This document shows, piece after piece, positions 1 to 12,562 of a DNA stretch of 64,000 nt; the first letter of the stretch is position 1, and the number at the start of each line of letters is the position of its first letter. The notes under the pieces were generated by a model. That model did no database searches. It had not been told where the DNA came from and saw only the letters and a program-made list of their open reading frames with translations. A program made the translations under genes and the position numbers. Origin of the DNA: Lobosporangium transversale (lineage: Eukaryota); the NCBI RefSeq assembly GCF_002105155.1, contig NW_019028999.1, positions 186,001-250,000 of the forward strand, in the 5' to 3' direction.

Positions 1-56
1 ACTAACGAAAAAAAGAGGCTGTAGCGAGCCACAATAGGACCAAGAACGTTGGACAT
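1..56 (-). CDS. Possible 5' end of a gene running off the window (MSNVLGPIVARYSLFFSL...)
   Basis: ATG at 56 in GCC-ATG context, just after an acceptor-like AAATAG. The frame is open to the window edge, and an upstream pyrimidine-rich leader lies at about 230-700. Too short to identify. Confidence 0.25.
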   Translation of the reverse strand, partial: MSNVLGPIVARYSLFFSL

Positions 57-1665
57 GGCGCTCTATTTTTCTTTTTTTTTTCCTTTTTTACGTGTATGTG
101 TATGTAGGTAGGATGGGGTTCTGGTTACGCCTTTCCTTATGCTGATCCAATAATGAGGGTTCTTATGCAGGGCTGTGTGTGAATTGCGTGATGTTCACAC
201 ACAGAACTTTGGGGTTTCAATGTCCTGTCAAGCAGAGAACTGGGAAAGAAAAGGAAAAAGGGAAAAGACAGGGAGATATTGTAGGGAAGCGTAAAGAAGG
301 AAAAAAAAAGGGGGGGGGGGGGGATAAATGATTCTTTTTCTCAACGTTCTCAAACGGAAAGTGATCGGTGTGGACGAGAGAAAGAAAGAGAATGTTGTGA
401 TAGTAGATGTGATGATGGTGTTGTTAGTAAAGCAACAGGATCTTAGATGGAAGAAAGGGCTGTGAGGGTGTGTGTAACAGAGAGGATCAAACCAAAGTTT
501 AAACGAAAAGAGAGATAACACGGTCAAACAAACAGAAAAAGTTAAAGGAGGAAATAAGGACAGAAAGAAAGAATAAATATTGTAATGAAGTGAGGCAGAT
601 CGAGAAGGAGAAGCCGATAGATAGCAAGAATTATTTATTGCACATGAAAGAAGAGAGAGCAAAAAAAAGGAGGAAAAAAAAAAAAAAAAAGCGAAAAGCG
701 GGAGAGAAGGGACTTTTTATAGACAAGCCCATGGAAGATGCAAAGGCAACTTCCTGCGATTAAAAAATGTTTTACACACATGTGCATTTTACAGCATACA
801 GCATATGGCCTACAAATAAAAAAAATAAAAATGACGGAGTTCTTGGTTTAAAATATGACGATATACACTGCAATGGACCATCAAAAAGTGTTAAAAGTGA
901 AAGACTACAGAGCATCCAATACACACACTCCAACAACAATGTTGTAAACGAACAACAGGATCTAGGCCATCCCATCACTCTGGCACGCTTTTGTTCTCAA
1001 TAATGGATGATGGGCAATAAGAATTTCTTCGCCCCAAATGATGGCGAAGTTGAAGTTGGAAGGAGTTTCTTTTTTTTTTTACATATTTTTCTTTAACCTT
1101 GTTCCTCCCCCAACTTCAATATATTTTATAATACCATTTAAATGGATGGGGGAGGATCACTGTTCACAATGGGTTCCTCATAACGCGCTTCTTTTAGTCG
1201 GAATATACACTAGTGCTTAGCATATCAGTGAAACAGACAAAAGAAGTGTCTTTTTCTGAGATTGCCGCCCATAATGTCTGTCAATAGGGCGGATATTCCA
1301 CGGTACTATGACTGGGAGAACCACTTACCAGTTTTACAGCAGTGGATTAGGCATGACAAAAGCAACATAAGCAAAAGAACCTGCTTTATGCTGAAAATCA
1401 ATCGCCGAGGAATAAAAAAAAAAAAAAAACAATGAGAATGGGTCATCTCTTCTCCTTCGGTAATAAACCTGATGTACGATAAAAGGCCACTAACCACTTC
1501 CGCTGAGATAACAGGAGAGAGAAAACAGCTGCAATATGCCGTGAATATCTTCCCAGAACAGGAAAGGTGACACGACAGGACATTTATTTGTTGTTTATTT
1601 TGCTGTTTCGCCTGTTGTCTTCTTCGATCAGAAGTATTTTTATTTTCAAGGCTCCGCAGCAAAAA

Positions 1666-1697
<32 letters not shown>

Positions 1698-2434
1698 GTG
1701 GATTGGAGTGTTGGACTGATCTGATTATTTTTAATATTGCATTGCCCCATTGTTTACCTGTTCCCTTCGATCAACTCAGCCATTCCATATTCACCTTTAA
1801 ATATCCAACAAGCTTGGATGAAAACGTGGCTCAGCATCAGCATGATTACTCATCCGCTTATCTCTCCCTCCTCTATTCATTCTTTTTTGTTTTTAGTTTT
1901 TTCTTTTTCTTTTTCTTTTTCTTTTTCTTTATCAGTTGTAGATTGACGTGGCTCTCAACACTTAAACCTCAAAAATTAGTGGCGAAACGAATAAAAACCA
2001 AAATTGGCAAAGCTCCTCTTTCCACATCTGAAAGTTTGAAAGTTCAGAAAAGATGAAAGGAAGTAAACTTTAGTCCTGTGCCTTGTGTCTCCTTCAAAAC
2101 AATGTACGTGTACATGTAGTCGCTCGCTCTAGATCTGAAAATAAGAAAATTTCTTTCCTCGGAGCTTTTATGCTTTGGAAGAGTGGCACAGCTCTGGACA
2201 GGGGAAATAGTAATCAACAACCTTCCGCGATTCAATTGATCACTTCCCCTTGCATAAGAACTTTTGTTGGTTCTGTTGAGAGGCGAATGCACCAATCAAA
2301 TGCTTCGTTAATGTCTTTATTCCCGTAATTTTACCCATGTTCTTAATGTTGTTAATATTCTTTTGTTTTGTTCCTTTTTTTTTTTTTTGGTGGCTTGCAG
2401 AATCTGCAGCTCATGCTCTCCATCTTCCAAGACG

Positions 2435-2469
<35 letters not shown>

Positions 2470-2522
2470 TTGCATATTCACACCCAAGAATGGCCTGTTG
2501 CCATATTTTTCCTAAAAGCCTT

Positions 2523-4231
2523 TCAGTAGCACCACACCTTGGGCCGGACGTCAAAAGCACACTCCTTATCCCTGAAAGCTGGAAAGATTACAAGTGCAAC
2601 CTTGCCTTCAGGGTTGCTCTTCAACGACGTTCCCATGCTTTCCTCATCAAACGGTGCACCCAGTGGAATTGTTACAGGGCTAATAACGGATTCGAGGCCT
2701 GTCATGGCTATTGAAAGCTCAAACGCTTTGTTACAAATGTCTTTGATCTTGTTTAGCTCGTTCGCATTTGTGTAGACTTTAGACACAAGCTCTGACAATG
2801 CGTTTGCAGCTGTTGTCACCTCCTCCTCCTGCCGGGCCTTGGTTGCCGGATCCTGAGTCAACATAACACAGAGCTGTTGTCTCCAGCGTACAGCCAGCTT
2901 TTCATTACGCTGATACATCCAATCGTAAATTTCCTTGAAGCCCTTGTTGTAGTCAAAGATGCAGTTGAGAGACTTGTCAAAGAAGCAAGAGACCAATGTA
3001 GTCATGACTACGGATTCCATGTAAAGGTTCAAATGGAATGACTCTAACTTGTCTTCAGGAATCGGAAAATTATCTAGCAGGCCCGAGTTCTTGAAATGTT
3101 CCACTGCAGCTTCTCGATTCAAATTAACGGAACGTCCTCCCTGGGCTTTCCTGATCAGATGCTCGATGGAGGCTTTGAGCTGAGTTAGACGGTCCATGAT
3201 AGTAGAGTGATCGTCATCAGTGGCGCGAATGAGGCGAACATGCTCCAGATAGTTTTTGGACATGACCTCATAATCTCTATCACGCTTGGCCAACTTTTGC
3301 TGCAAGTCCATATGCTGCCGATGAAGCTCATGGTAGGCACCGCGGGTACGATTGAGCTCCAGGTCCACGCTTTGCTTCTCCTGCGAGAGCTCGTCCAGAT
3401 CATTGCGAAGTGAGTTATTGAGCGTTTCCAATTCCACAATCCTGTCATCTCGAGCTTTCACCTCTACTCCTACGGCTGAGGCTCCGTTTTCCTTAGGTTC
3501 TGACTTGTCTGTTGTCGATCCGACAGAAATATCTACGGAACTGGGTCCATCTACAAATTCATACCATCATTAATATTGTCCATTTTAAACAATAAAGACG
3601 CGACATATACAATTGAACATATGAATTTGTCATCACAGTGACAAAAAAAAACTAAAATAAAAAAATAAAAAAAAAAAAAGAGAGAGATAAAGCGCCTGTC
3701 ATTATTACCTTTGCTTTCTACCATGTCAACATCAGTGTCAAATTCTTCTGTTACAGTCGAAAAAATATTCAAGACTGGCGCGGCTTCTGACGCTGTGTTC
3801 GCTACAGGTGAGATGGGATTGGGTGCTGGTGCAGAGAGAGGATTTGAGGGAACATCAACTGTTGGGGTTCCGGCCTCCTTGGTAGCTGTGGTTGTAGTTA
3901 CGGCTGTAGTTGTAGTTGGTGCAACCAATGCGGTTGGGGCGGCAGGGTTTGCCGACGAAGCTGAGGCAGATGGCTCAGACTGCTTGGATGATGTATCGAC
4001 GGGAGCCGGTTTGGTATCGGGTATGTCAATAGCCTTTTCCTGTGTTGGCGAAAGAGCAAGCGAAGGCATCTTCTTTTTATCATCAAACGTCGGCTCGCTA
4101 TAGAAAGCAGAGTTTTCCTCACTGAGCTTGCTGAGGTTGAGACTGGCGCTAACAGCAGGCAATGTGGGAGAAGTGGGCGCGGATGAAGCCGTGGATGGGC
4201 GGTCCTGCTGCTGTGGTTGTGGAGTTGTCAT
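2523..4231 (-). CDS. Hypothetical protein: low-complexity N-terminus, coiled coil, C-terminal Mieap/IRKI-like domain (2 exons, intron 3551-3708)
   Basis: ORFs 3551-4390 and 2523-3461 join through a GT..AG intron. Heptad-rich segment RDDRIVELETLNNSLRNDLDEL; C-terminal FDEESM...KVALVIFPAFRD...VRPKVWCY. Confidence 0.8.
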
Positions 4232-4857
4232 TGGACGTGACCTGAGAATAAGGGGAAGTTGAGGTGCTTCTGAAATGAAAGATGGAAAAGGAAAAAAGAA
4301 AAAAGAAAAAAGAAGAGAAAGAAGAAATGGATGTAAAGGAATGATTAGAATAGAGGAAAGGAGAAGGGGTACCTTGCGGGGAGGAGACAAGGTTGCCTTA
4401 AGAATGCGACTTGATTCACATCTTTAGCATTTTTCACATTCTTACATTTCACAACAGCTTTTTTGTTTTCTCTGAGTTCTGAGTGGCGATGAGAAAAAAG
4501 AGGCAGTCTAAATCTTATCCTTAAAAGTTAGAAAGCCTGCTTTCTATTTGTGCACATGATGCCAGGGCTGTGTAAGATTGACTATCGACTCTATTTTTTT
4601 TTTTTTTTTTTTTTTTTCATAAGCGGCGTTGCTCTGCCTTGTTATTGCTTTGCATCCCATCCCAGCATGGTTAGGCATTGACATTCCTCTAAACAATCGA
4701 AAAAAGGCTTCAAGTGTTGAAAATAATCGCAGAACACGGAAAGGCTTCATGGATTGAAAGTAAAAGCTGGCAATTGTTTCATCTTGTGTAACGGAGCTTG
4801 GTCATAGATTGATATATACTCTTTATTTACAGCGATGCAGACAATATGAATTACTCG

Positions 4858-6006
4858 TTACAACTTGCTAGCAGAAGCGGCCTTTGCAAAGAACCCACTC
4901 AAGAGGTCAACAGCCTCGAGCCCGGCTTGGAATTGGTCGGGTTGGCTCCAGTCTCCGCGACCTAAACATAAAAAGAATTTGAAGATAAAAATCAGAGAAA
5001 ACATTTCGAAAGAAAGTGTCTCAATCCCCTTTGACGTATTTTCATGTGGGTAGTATCCAAGTTTTTTTTTATTTTACCTCCAGTCCAGCCATGGTGCATG
5101 TTATCAAAACGCTTGTGGAATGGCTCAACAGGGAAGTTCTTATGCTTGATAGAGTCGATAACAGGAACCTTTTATAAAAAATTACAAATAAAATCGCGTA
5201 AACAAATGAACAGTCCAAACATATTCAAGTAACACTAAGTGAGGATTTCATGTGAGACGCTTGGACACTTTACCATGTCAGCTTCATCCTTGGAGGCCAA
5301 AATAATCAGAGGAGCCTTTGTATCTTTGACAGTTTCGATGGAAAAGAACGATGGATGGGGACCACCTGCTGCCAAAAAGGGATTTCCTTCTTCAGAAGCA
5401 GCCTTGACCGACATGAGAGCTCCCCAGCATTGCCCAAAGATGGAAAAAGAGGTACACCCATCCTTGCGTAAATCCTCGACAGCGACACGAATAATCTCGT
5501 CAATATGATTGCCCTTGTAATCGCCATTGGCACCAATCCAGGCCATCAGCTTAGCGCTATCCCCCATCTGATCGGGTGGGTAACCACCCTTGGTGAAAAT
5601 ATGGGGAGCAGACAGTTGGAAGCCACCATGGGACTCGGCGATACGCTACAATATGCAAATTTCAAGTATTGGTATTTGTAAAAAAATACATTGGCATTTG
5701 GGCCGATATCCCCCCGAAAAATTCGTGAGTAAAAAAATCCCTTCGTTGCTTAAATGTCTATGATCAATAAATTCAATTGCAATAAATCCCCACCCAACTT
5801 ACATCAAAGAACTGGTAAGTCGTAGGATGATAGGCAAAGATGTCATAAATGGCAATGAGGCCACGCTTCGAATCCTTAGGTCCGGTGCGGTATGTGGTAC
5901 GCTCCTCACCCGCAATCTGTTGCGACAAGGCGACTTGCTCACCCTTATTGTGCCATTGGGCATCCTGAACAGGAGGAGTATTGCAGCAAGATTCAGTCAA
6001 AGACAT
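4858..6006 (-). CDS. Dienelactone hydrolase family alpha/beta hydrolase with C-terminal PTS1 (SKL); 4 exons
   Basis: MSLTESCCNTPP start, YDIFAY, nucleophile motif GQCWGA, ASKDEAD, MHHGW. The last exon reads GRGDWSQPDQFQAGLEAVDLLSGFFAKAASASKL*. Confidence 0.9.
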
Positions 6007-6412
6007 TTTTGATTCTCAGGTCGATTAACAATTGATTCTTGAAAGTGAAAGAAATGGAATGAAAGGAACGAAGAAGAAGGAATTCGATCAAATTGCTGTT
6101 ATTTATAACCTGTAGTCCGGAAATAAGGTTATCTACACTTACCCAAAGCTTTTTTTTTTTTTTTTTTTTACACAAAAATGATTAATTACAATGCATTCTA
6201 AAAAGCGCGTTAACGATTCCGAGCAATTGTATTGCCGGCCATTAATAATCAATGTTGTGAAATTTAGGCATTATTAATCAATCTGGCTGTTTTTGAAAGG
6301 ATACAGGCGCGTCTAAACCATGCGAAACTTTTTTAAAGTTGGAATGTTTATTAATATATCCGTGAAGGCATGATGAGAACGCAGCGAAAATTGCTCTACT
6401 TTGACAAAGAAG

Positions 6413-7654
6413 TTACTTAGCAGTTACGGTCAACTTGAAGGTATCAGAGTTGGCATCCAGCCATCTCGAAACCCACTCATAGACAGCAAATGTGACAGCC
6501 TGACCGGGAGCAACGCGGAGTACACGAGGTGTAACACCCTTGTAGAAGGCCCTCCAGCCCTCGTTCTTCAAAATTTGGGTGTTGACATCCATGAAGCGCG
6601 CCCAGCCACTCAATCCTTCCGGATTGGGGGACTTTTGAATACGGGTCTTAACAATATCAATAGGGTTGTTGACGAGCGGCCCCATCGCGCCAGAGATACA
6701 TCCGATGACTGCAGACTGATAACCAGGCAATTCCTGTATATTCTGGAGGCGCTGAAGATAGCCCTTCAGGAAATGGTAGGTGGGGAAATTGGCTGCCTGG
6801 TTAGTAGCCTGACGGAGAGAGGTCAATCCAACTCCACGATACAACGCACCGAAGCCTTCCTCGCGAACAACAGTATAAGCACAGTGAGCTGCGTTGCGAT
6901 ACTTGGGGATGTCGAGGGGATCAGCCATAGAGTGACGTTGTGCCTGGAGACGGATCTTGACCACATCCATGGGTGTCACGACTAGCACAGCCTCAGTCAC
7001 GCCAGCCAACAAACCAGCTGCCATGAAAAAGAGAAAAAATATACTTTTAGTCACGGGAGAGTGAAAATGCAAGGCAACAGGAACTAAAGATTTATTGGTT
7101 TTACTCACCCCAAAGGTTATTCAGTTTCCATGGTGTACCATTCTTGTCAACCATTAGGTCTTTATAGAACTGGAAGGTAGTGAATCGGATGGCCATCTTG
7201 GGCACGATACCAGCTGTTACAGCACCAAGCCCCTTGTAGAGCGCTAATGGTGACTCTTTCCGCACGATCTTCAAGCCAACACCTATAAATGACAAGTTTG
7301 CATTCTAAGATGAAAAGAAAAGAAAAAGAGCTATGACATTAAAGACGTGAAGACTTTAAAATGGTCTTTTTCTATGGAGCGTATCGTAGCTCCAAAGGTC
7401 TTTTTTTTTTTTTTCCGAGTCCTTAGAAGATACTCTTAGACTCCCAGTCTCCTCTATGAAGGAAAGTATGATCGCCTTGATACGTTTCCCACTCCGTGTC
7501 ATTGTGTCATATTTATTTCGCCCACTTCTCCCGCTCCACAACAGCGCGCTGCATATTAAACTTTAATACAGAGCATCCTTGTCTGTTGTTCTGTCCTCTG
7601 GGTGCATTGATTCACAATCAATTAGCATTCATCTTTGAATGCATCTGACTGCAT

Positions 7655-7686
<32 letters not shown>

Positions 7687-8017
7687 CCTTGTCCTGGGAC
7701 GCTATATAATATGCTCAGATACTTAAATGATTGTGTCCAGCAGAGACATCCCTTTTCCATCTTATACTGTTGAAACGCTCCTTGACATTGATGGGTCAGG
7801 TTAATTACGGATAATATCTACGACTACAGGAAAAAAAAAAAAAAAAAAAAAAAAAGTGATAGTGACTTACAGCCTGACCACCCCTAGCAACATTTTTGGC
7901 GAGTTGCATTCGCACTTTGATTGTATCAAGAGGATGACAGATGAAAGATTCCATGAAGCCAGCAGTGCCACCTGCGATGAGGTTAGTGAGAGGCGACTTT
8001 TTATCTCTAGCTGCCAT
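6413..8017 (-). CDS. SFC1: Mitochondrial succinate/fumarate carrier (3 exons)
   Basis: Three MCF signatures (PLDTIKVRMQ, PMDVVKIRLQ, PIDIVKTRIQ), plus GIVPKMAIRF, QRHSMADPLDIPKYRNAAH, RQATNQAANF and RVAPGQAVTF, typical of SFC1/ACR1. Confidence 0.9.
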
Positions 8018-8805
8018 TATGTCTTTTTAACTTTTAGTGTTTTTCAAGGAATAGAGGGATTAAAGAGGATTTTGTGAGTTGGTAAGAGACATCAGCGAAA
8101 ACTGAGGAGAGAGGAGTGATGGTGGTGAAGCTTGTGATGAAAGATGGAGGAGTTGGGAGATCAAATAGTAAGTAAAAAGAGAAATGGAAGGAAAGTCAGT
8201 TCAAGCACATGTCAAAATGCCCAATTGTGAGACCAACGACGTCTCCTTTTTGGTGTCATCAGCATCATTGGGTGATTGAGATGACTGTATCGGCATTTTT
8301 TGTTCTAGGCAGTCTGTGCATCTGAATTATTTTTTAGAGACAGGCATTTGTGATCTGATTTCTCTTTGTTGAGGACAAAGCGACACTTTCAAAGGACCCT
8401 CTTTGTTTAATTTCAGATAGCTCCCGACCTGTGATATTCAGTGCGATGATTGCGTACAAACAAGGCAAGACATGAATTCATTTTCGACTTCGCCCATGCA
8501 GACGACGTGCAACGCATAGTAGGCCTGAGAGTAGGCACCTTTATTAATATTAATATTAATATTATTATTATTATTGCGGTCATGGCAACTAATCCCCATA
8601 CAAATGCGTGTTCTCTTCGACATTTCACTTCTTGGCGCGACCATTCTTTCGGTAAAGGTCTCTATTCCCCTTTCCCCTTCCATTTCTCTCATTCTGTAGT
8701 GTCCTCTCCCTATTTCACGCTTCCCAATTCTATTACACCGCAGCACTCTCTCTACTTGCATCTTCTTTCCACTTTCCCCTTTCTCTTTGTCTTCCTCTCT
8801 TATCT

Positions 8806-8837
<32 letters not shown>

Positions 8838-8955
8838 CTCTTTCTTACTAGCTGGGAAGTATCCATTTTGCATTCTGTCTTTCTTTCTCATTTTCTTCTT
8901 TTCTTTTCTTTTCTTTTCTTTTGCATTGAATCGAGAATCAGCACAAACAACTCAA

Positions 8956-10934
8956 ATGCGTTCAAATTCAGCTTCAGTCCTTCCATCACACACGAGTTCT
9001 CAGTTCAAAGGCAAGATCCGTCCTGGTAGCATCGGATTACCTGGCAATTCAATTGGCCTAGTTGGTCGGATCACTCTACGTCGTGTCATTCTCTTCTCTG
9101 GCAGCCTCCTCTTTGTCTACATCGTCCTTTCCACAGCCCTTGGGCCAAGTTTAGATGAGTCTCCTTTCTCTGCTATCAGGCAAAATGAACGAGATCCGTA
9201 TGCTGCGATTTTGAACCCATTACTTAACAACCATAACAATGATAACCCTGGTCTTTACGAAAGACCTGTCCATGCAAAGTTGAAGCAAGCATCGCTCATC
9301 CAGCTGGAGGATGTGGATACAGAGAATACTCCGCTACAGCAAGAAAACTCAGATTCATCATCGAAACACCAAGGACCTGATGTGAATGCAAATGTAAATG
9401 TAAATGTAGATGCAACAGGGCCAGTTTCAGACGGCAGCAATGTAGGCGAGTCCGTCTTAGTAAATGATGGGAATGACGTTGGGTCTACTGGGGAAGAAGA
9501 GAATGGGGATTCACGACTGATGATCGCTATGAGAGAACGCAAGGCATCGCCTGTCAGCTATGCACAACTGCTCAGCGCAACCCGTCGAGAGCGCAATTAT
9601 GCCCTCGCGTTAATGCTTCGTGAGGCAGACTTGGCTCTGGAATCAACAGCGGTGTATTCAGTCACTAATAAGAACCAAACAGCACCCTCAAATGATATTC
9701 ACGATTACCTCTCTCTCTCAAAGTACTTTTGGCCCAATAAGGATAAGCCCGATGGCCTCCCCTACCGGGGCATCGATGGACATATCAACCCCGAGATAGA
9801 GACTGTGCGCGACTATCGGCTACTGAGAACAATGATCAGGGAGGTTCACATAATGGGCATGGCCTATCACTTTACGGGACGCAACGAGTATTTAAAAAAG
9901 TGTGCCATGCGCCTCAAGGAATGGTTCTTGGACGAAGCCACGTATATGAATCCCAACATCAACTATGGGTCACTAAGAAAGGGAGAGAGATTTGGTGCTC
10001 GAACTGGGATCTTGGACATGTTTACTATCTTTCGGTAAGTTTTTTTTTTATTTTTTTTTATTATTTTTTCCTCCTCTTCGTATCGAACCTGCTTTATTAA
10101 GGCCTATTACAGCTGTTCGAGTCATCCATTGACCTCAATGTTGTCTAACACAATGGATTTGCACAATCTTTTTTTATTTTTATTTTTATTTTTGTTTTCT
10201 GGCAACACATTTTTAATACTATAAGGGTGTTTGATGCCCTTCACTATCTCAAACAAGATCCAAGCTGGCCTCAAGATTTAATTCCAGATCTTCAGGAATG
10301 GTTTACACGCTATGTCAAATGGCTTGAGACCTCGCCCTTGGCCCAGATTGAGCGCGACAGCAGTAATAACCACGGAACGTATTTTGATGTCCAAATCATT
10401 GCCATCTATTTATTCTTGGGTAGGGTCGAAGATGCTCGACAGGTTGCTCAGACGGCTGTCCACAAACGAATTGAACCACAGATTACAGCTAATGGGGAAC
10501 AACCTGGAGAAATGGCTCGCAAAACATCTTGGTATTACTCTGTTTTTAATCTCCAAGCACTCATGACGCTCGCACGATGGGGTGATGATCTAGGTGTGGA
10601 CATGTGGTTTTATGAAGGGCCTCAAGGGCAGTCTATCAAGAAGGCGATTGATTTTCTACTACCGTTTGCGCTTTCAAGTGGAAAAGGATGGCCTGTGGAG
10701 AACTGGAAAGGCTTTGGGATGTCTGATTACCTAAAGTGTCTGCAGATCGCCTGGCATATCTATGGAGATGAAAAGTATATTGACGCGATAGAGACTCTGG
10801 GGCCCAAGGTACAAAAAGACATGGATGAAGGCAAGATTAAGACTGCCAGCATGTTCTTTTGCGACATTTCAACACTCCTAGAGGCTACAACTCGAGGGGG
10901 TCAAGGATTTATTTGGCACTGGTGTCTGACATGA
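8956..10934 (+). CDS. Type II membrane-anchored polysaccharide lyase, Alginate_lyase (PF05426)-type (alpha/alpha)n domain, PL38-like; intron 10035-10226
   Basis: Motifs APSNDIHDYLSLSKYFWPNKDKPDGLPYRGIDGHINPE, WFLDEATYMNPN, NNHGTYFDVQ and GEQPGEMARKTSWYYSVFNL. One N-terminal TM helix (RRVILFSGSLLFVYIVLSTAL). Confidence 0.85.
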
Positions 10935-11110
10935 AGCGTGGTTTGCCACAATTAATTTTAACCAATTAAAAGAAGTACTGTAGCGCAGTCACTGACCTTG
11001 TAATGAACGCGTCAGTGAAATCTACTCTGATCATTCTGCCGTTCATTCCAAGAGAGAGAGATTCAGAAAGAAAAAGAAAAAAAAAGAAAAAATAATAATA
11101 AAAAAGAATA

Positions 11111-11617
11111 ATGTCGATTCACACTGCAGCGCTCGAGGGCCAATTTGGACTGGTCAAGCAGTTGATTGAGGAAAATAAAAATGCCATCATTGCAAAGGAT
11201 GAGGACGAACGACAGGCACTGCACTGGGCTGGTATGAACTATGAGCTTTTTTTATATTTTTTAAAATTGAATTATAAAAATTACAGCGAGACGAGTCAAC
11301 TCGTCTCGTGGATTCTGATATATATGTGCTTTTATTATTTTATTATTTTTATTTTTATTTTTATATTTTATTTTATTTTTTTATTTGAATGAACATCATT
11401 GTTAATATATTATTGGATATAGTCTCGGGTAAACACTTGGATGTTGTTGAGTATCTCCTTGAGCAAGGAGCGCCTGTGAACAGCAAGGATGAGGTAACAG
11501 TAAACCATAATAAGGAAGGAATACATATAAAGATGGTCTGCTCGATTACTTACTATATGTATATTGCTTTAGGCTGATTGGACTCCACTTCACATTGCAG
11601 GTACGTGAAGATCAAAG

Positions 11618-11653
<36 letters not shown>

Positions 11654-11721
11654 CAAAGCAACTGTTTTTTGCAACTGAATGGATTACCACCTTAACCCTG
11701 TTCTGTCATTCTTGAACAACA

Positions 11722-11759
<38 letters not shown>

Positions 11760-12562
11760 CATCTGTTGGAAACCCGGAAATTGTAACGCTTCTTATCAAA
11801 AAGCAAGCCAATATCAATGCAAAAACAGATTCCGGAACGACTCCATTGTAAGTCTTTTTTTTTTTAAATGAGAGTGATAGATAAGATAAGGCCAAGCCAT
11901 CAACTGTCGCATTTAACCTATGTTTATCTGCTGTTTATATCTAGACACTACGCTTCTTCCAAGAACCATTTGGAGGTAGTGAAGGTCCTTCTCGAGAATG
12001 GCGCTGACCCAAAGCTGGATGATGATAATAAGCAAACACCACTGTATGATCATAATTACTGCCCAAGATTTTATTATCATTATCATTGTATATTATCATT
12101 ATTAACTATTTTCCCCTAATGAAATTTCATTTTTCTATTCTTAGTCACCGCGCAGCCGTTCGAGGGTATACGCCTCTCGTAAAGCTGTTGATCGAAAACG
12201 GTTCTCGACTGAATACGCCCGATAGTGTCAGGAATACGCCACTGTAAGGAGAAAGAAAAAAAAAAAAAAAAAAAAGCTAAAAAGCGCAATAGTTTATTTG
12301 TTTTGATGTTGTCTATTGTAATTGTGCCGATCAATAACACATGTTGAATAACTTTTCCTTTTTCCTTTTTTTTATTTTTTTTATTTTTATTTTTATTTTT
12401 TTTAGACACTTGGCCTGTCAGGACGAACATGGCGAGACGGCCCTTGCGTTACTAGAGGCAGGTGCAGACTTGGATAGACAAAATGGGGAAAATCAAACAC
12501 CATTTGACTATTGTAGCGAAAATCTCAAGACATTCTTGAAGCGCCATGGATATGGGGCATGA
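11111..12562 (+). CDS. NAS6: Ankyrin-repeat protein, 26S proteasome chaperone Nas6/gankyrin (PSMD10)-like; about 7 exons
   Basis: DEDERQALHWA, WTPLHIAASVG, TPLHYASSKNHLEV, QTPLHRAAVRG, GNTPLHLACQDEHGETA; repeat order matches gankyrin. Confidence 0.8.

Noticed and set aside
1255..1295. CTGAGA followed by a CCGCCC/GGGCGG hairpin as a possible TPP riboswitch
   Set aside because: The downstream ACCTGAT...AATACCAGCG core is missing and there is no adjacent thiamine gene.
228..2400. Many short ORFs rich in F/K/L
   Set aside because: They arise from poly(A)/poly(T) and CT-rich tracts; there are no recognisable motifs or consistent exon chains.
6401..6985. 194-aa plus-strand ORF
   Set aside because: Antisense shadow of the SFC1 exon.
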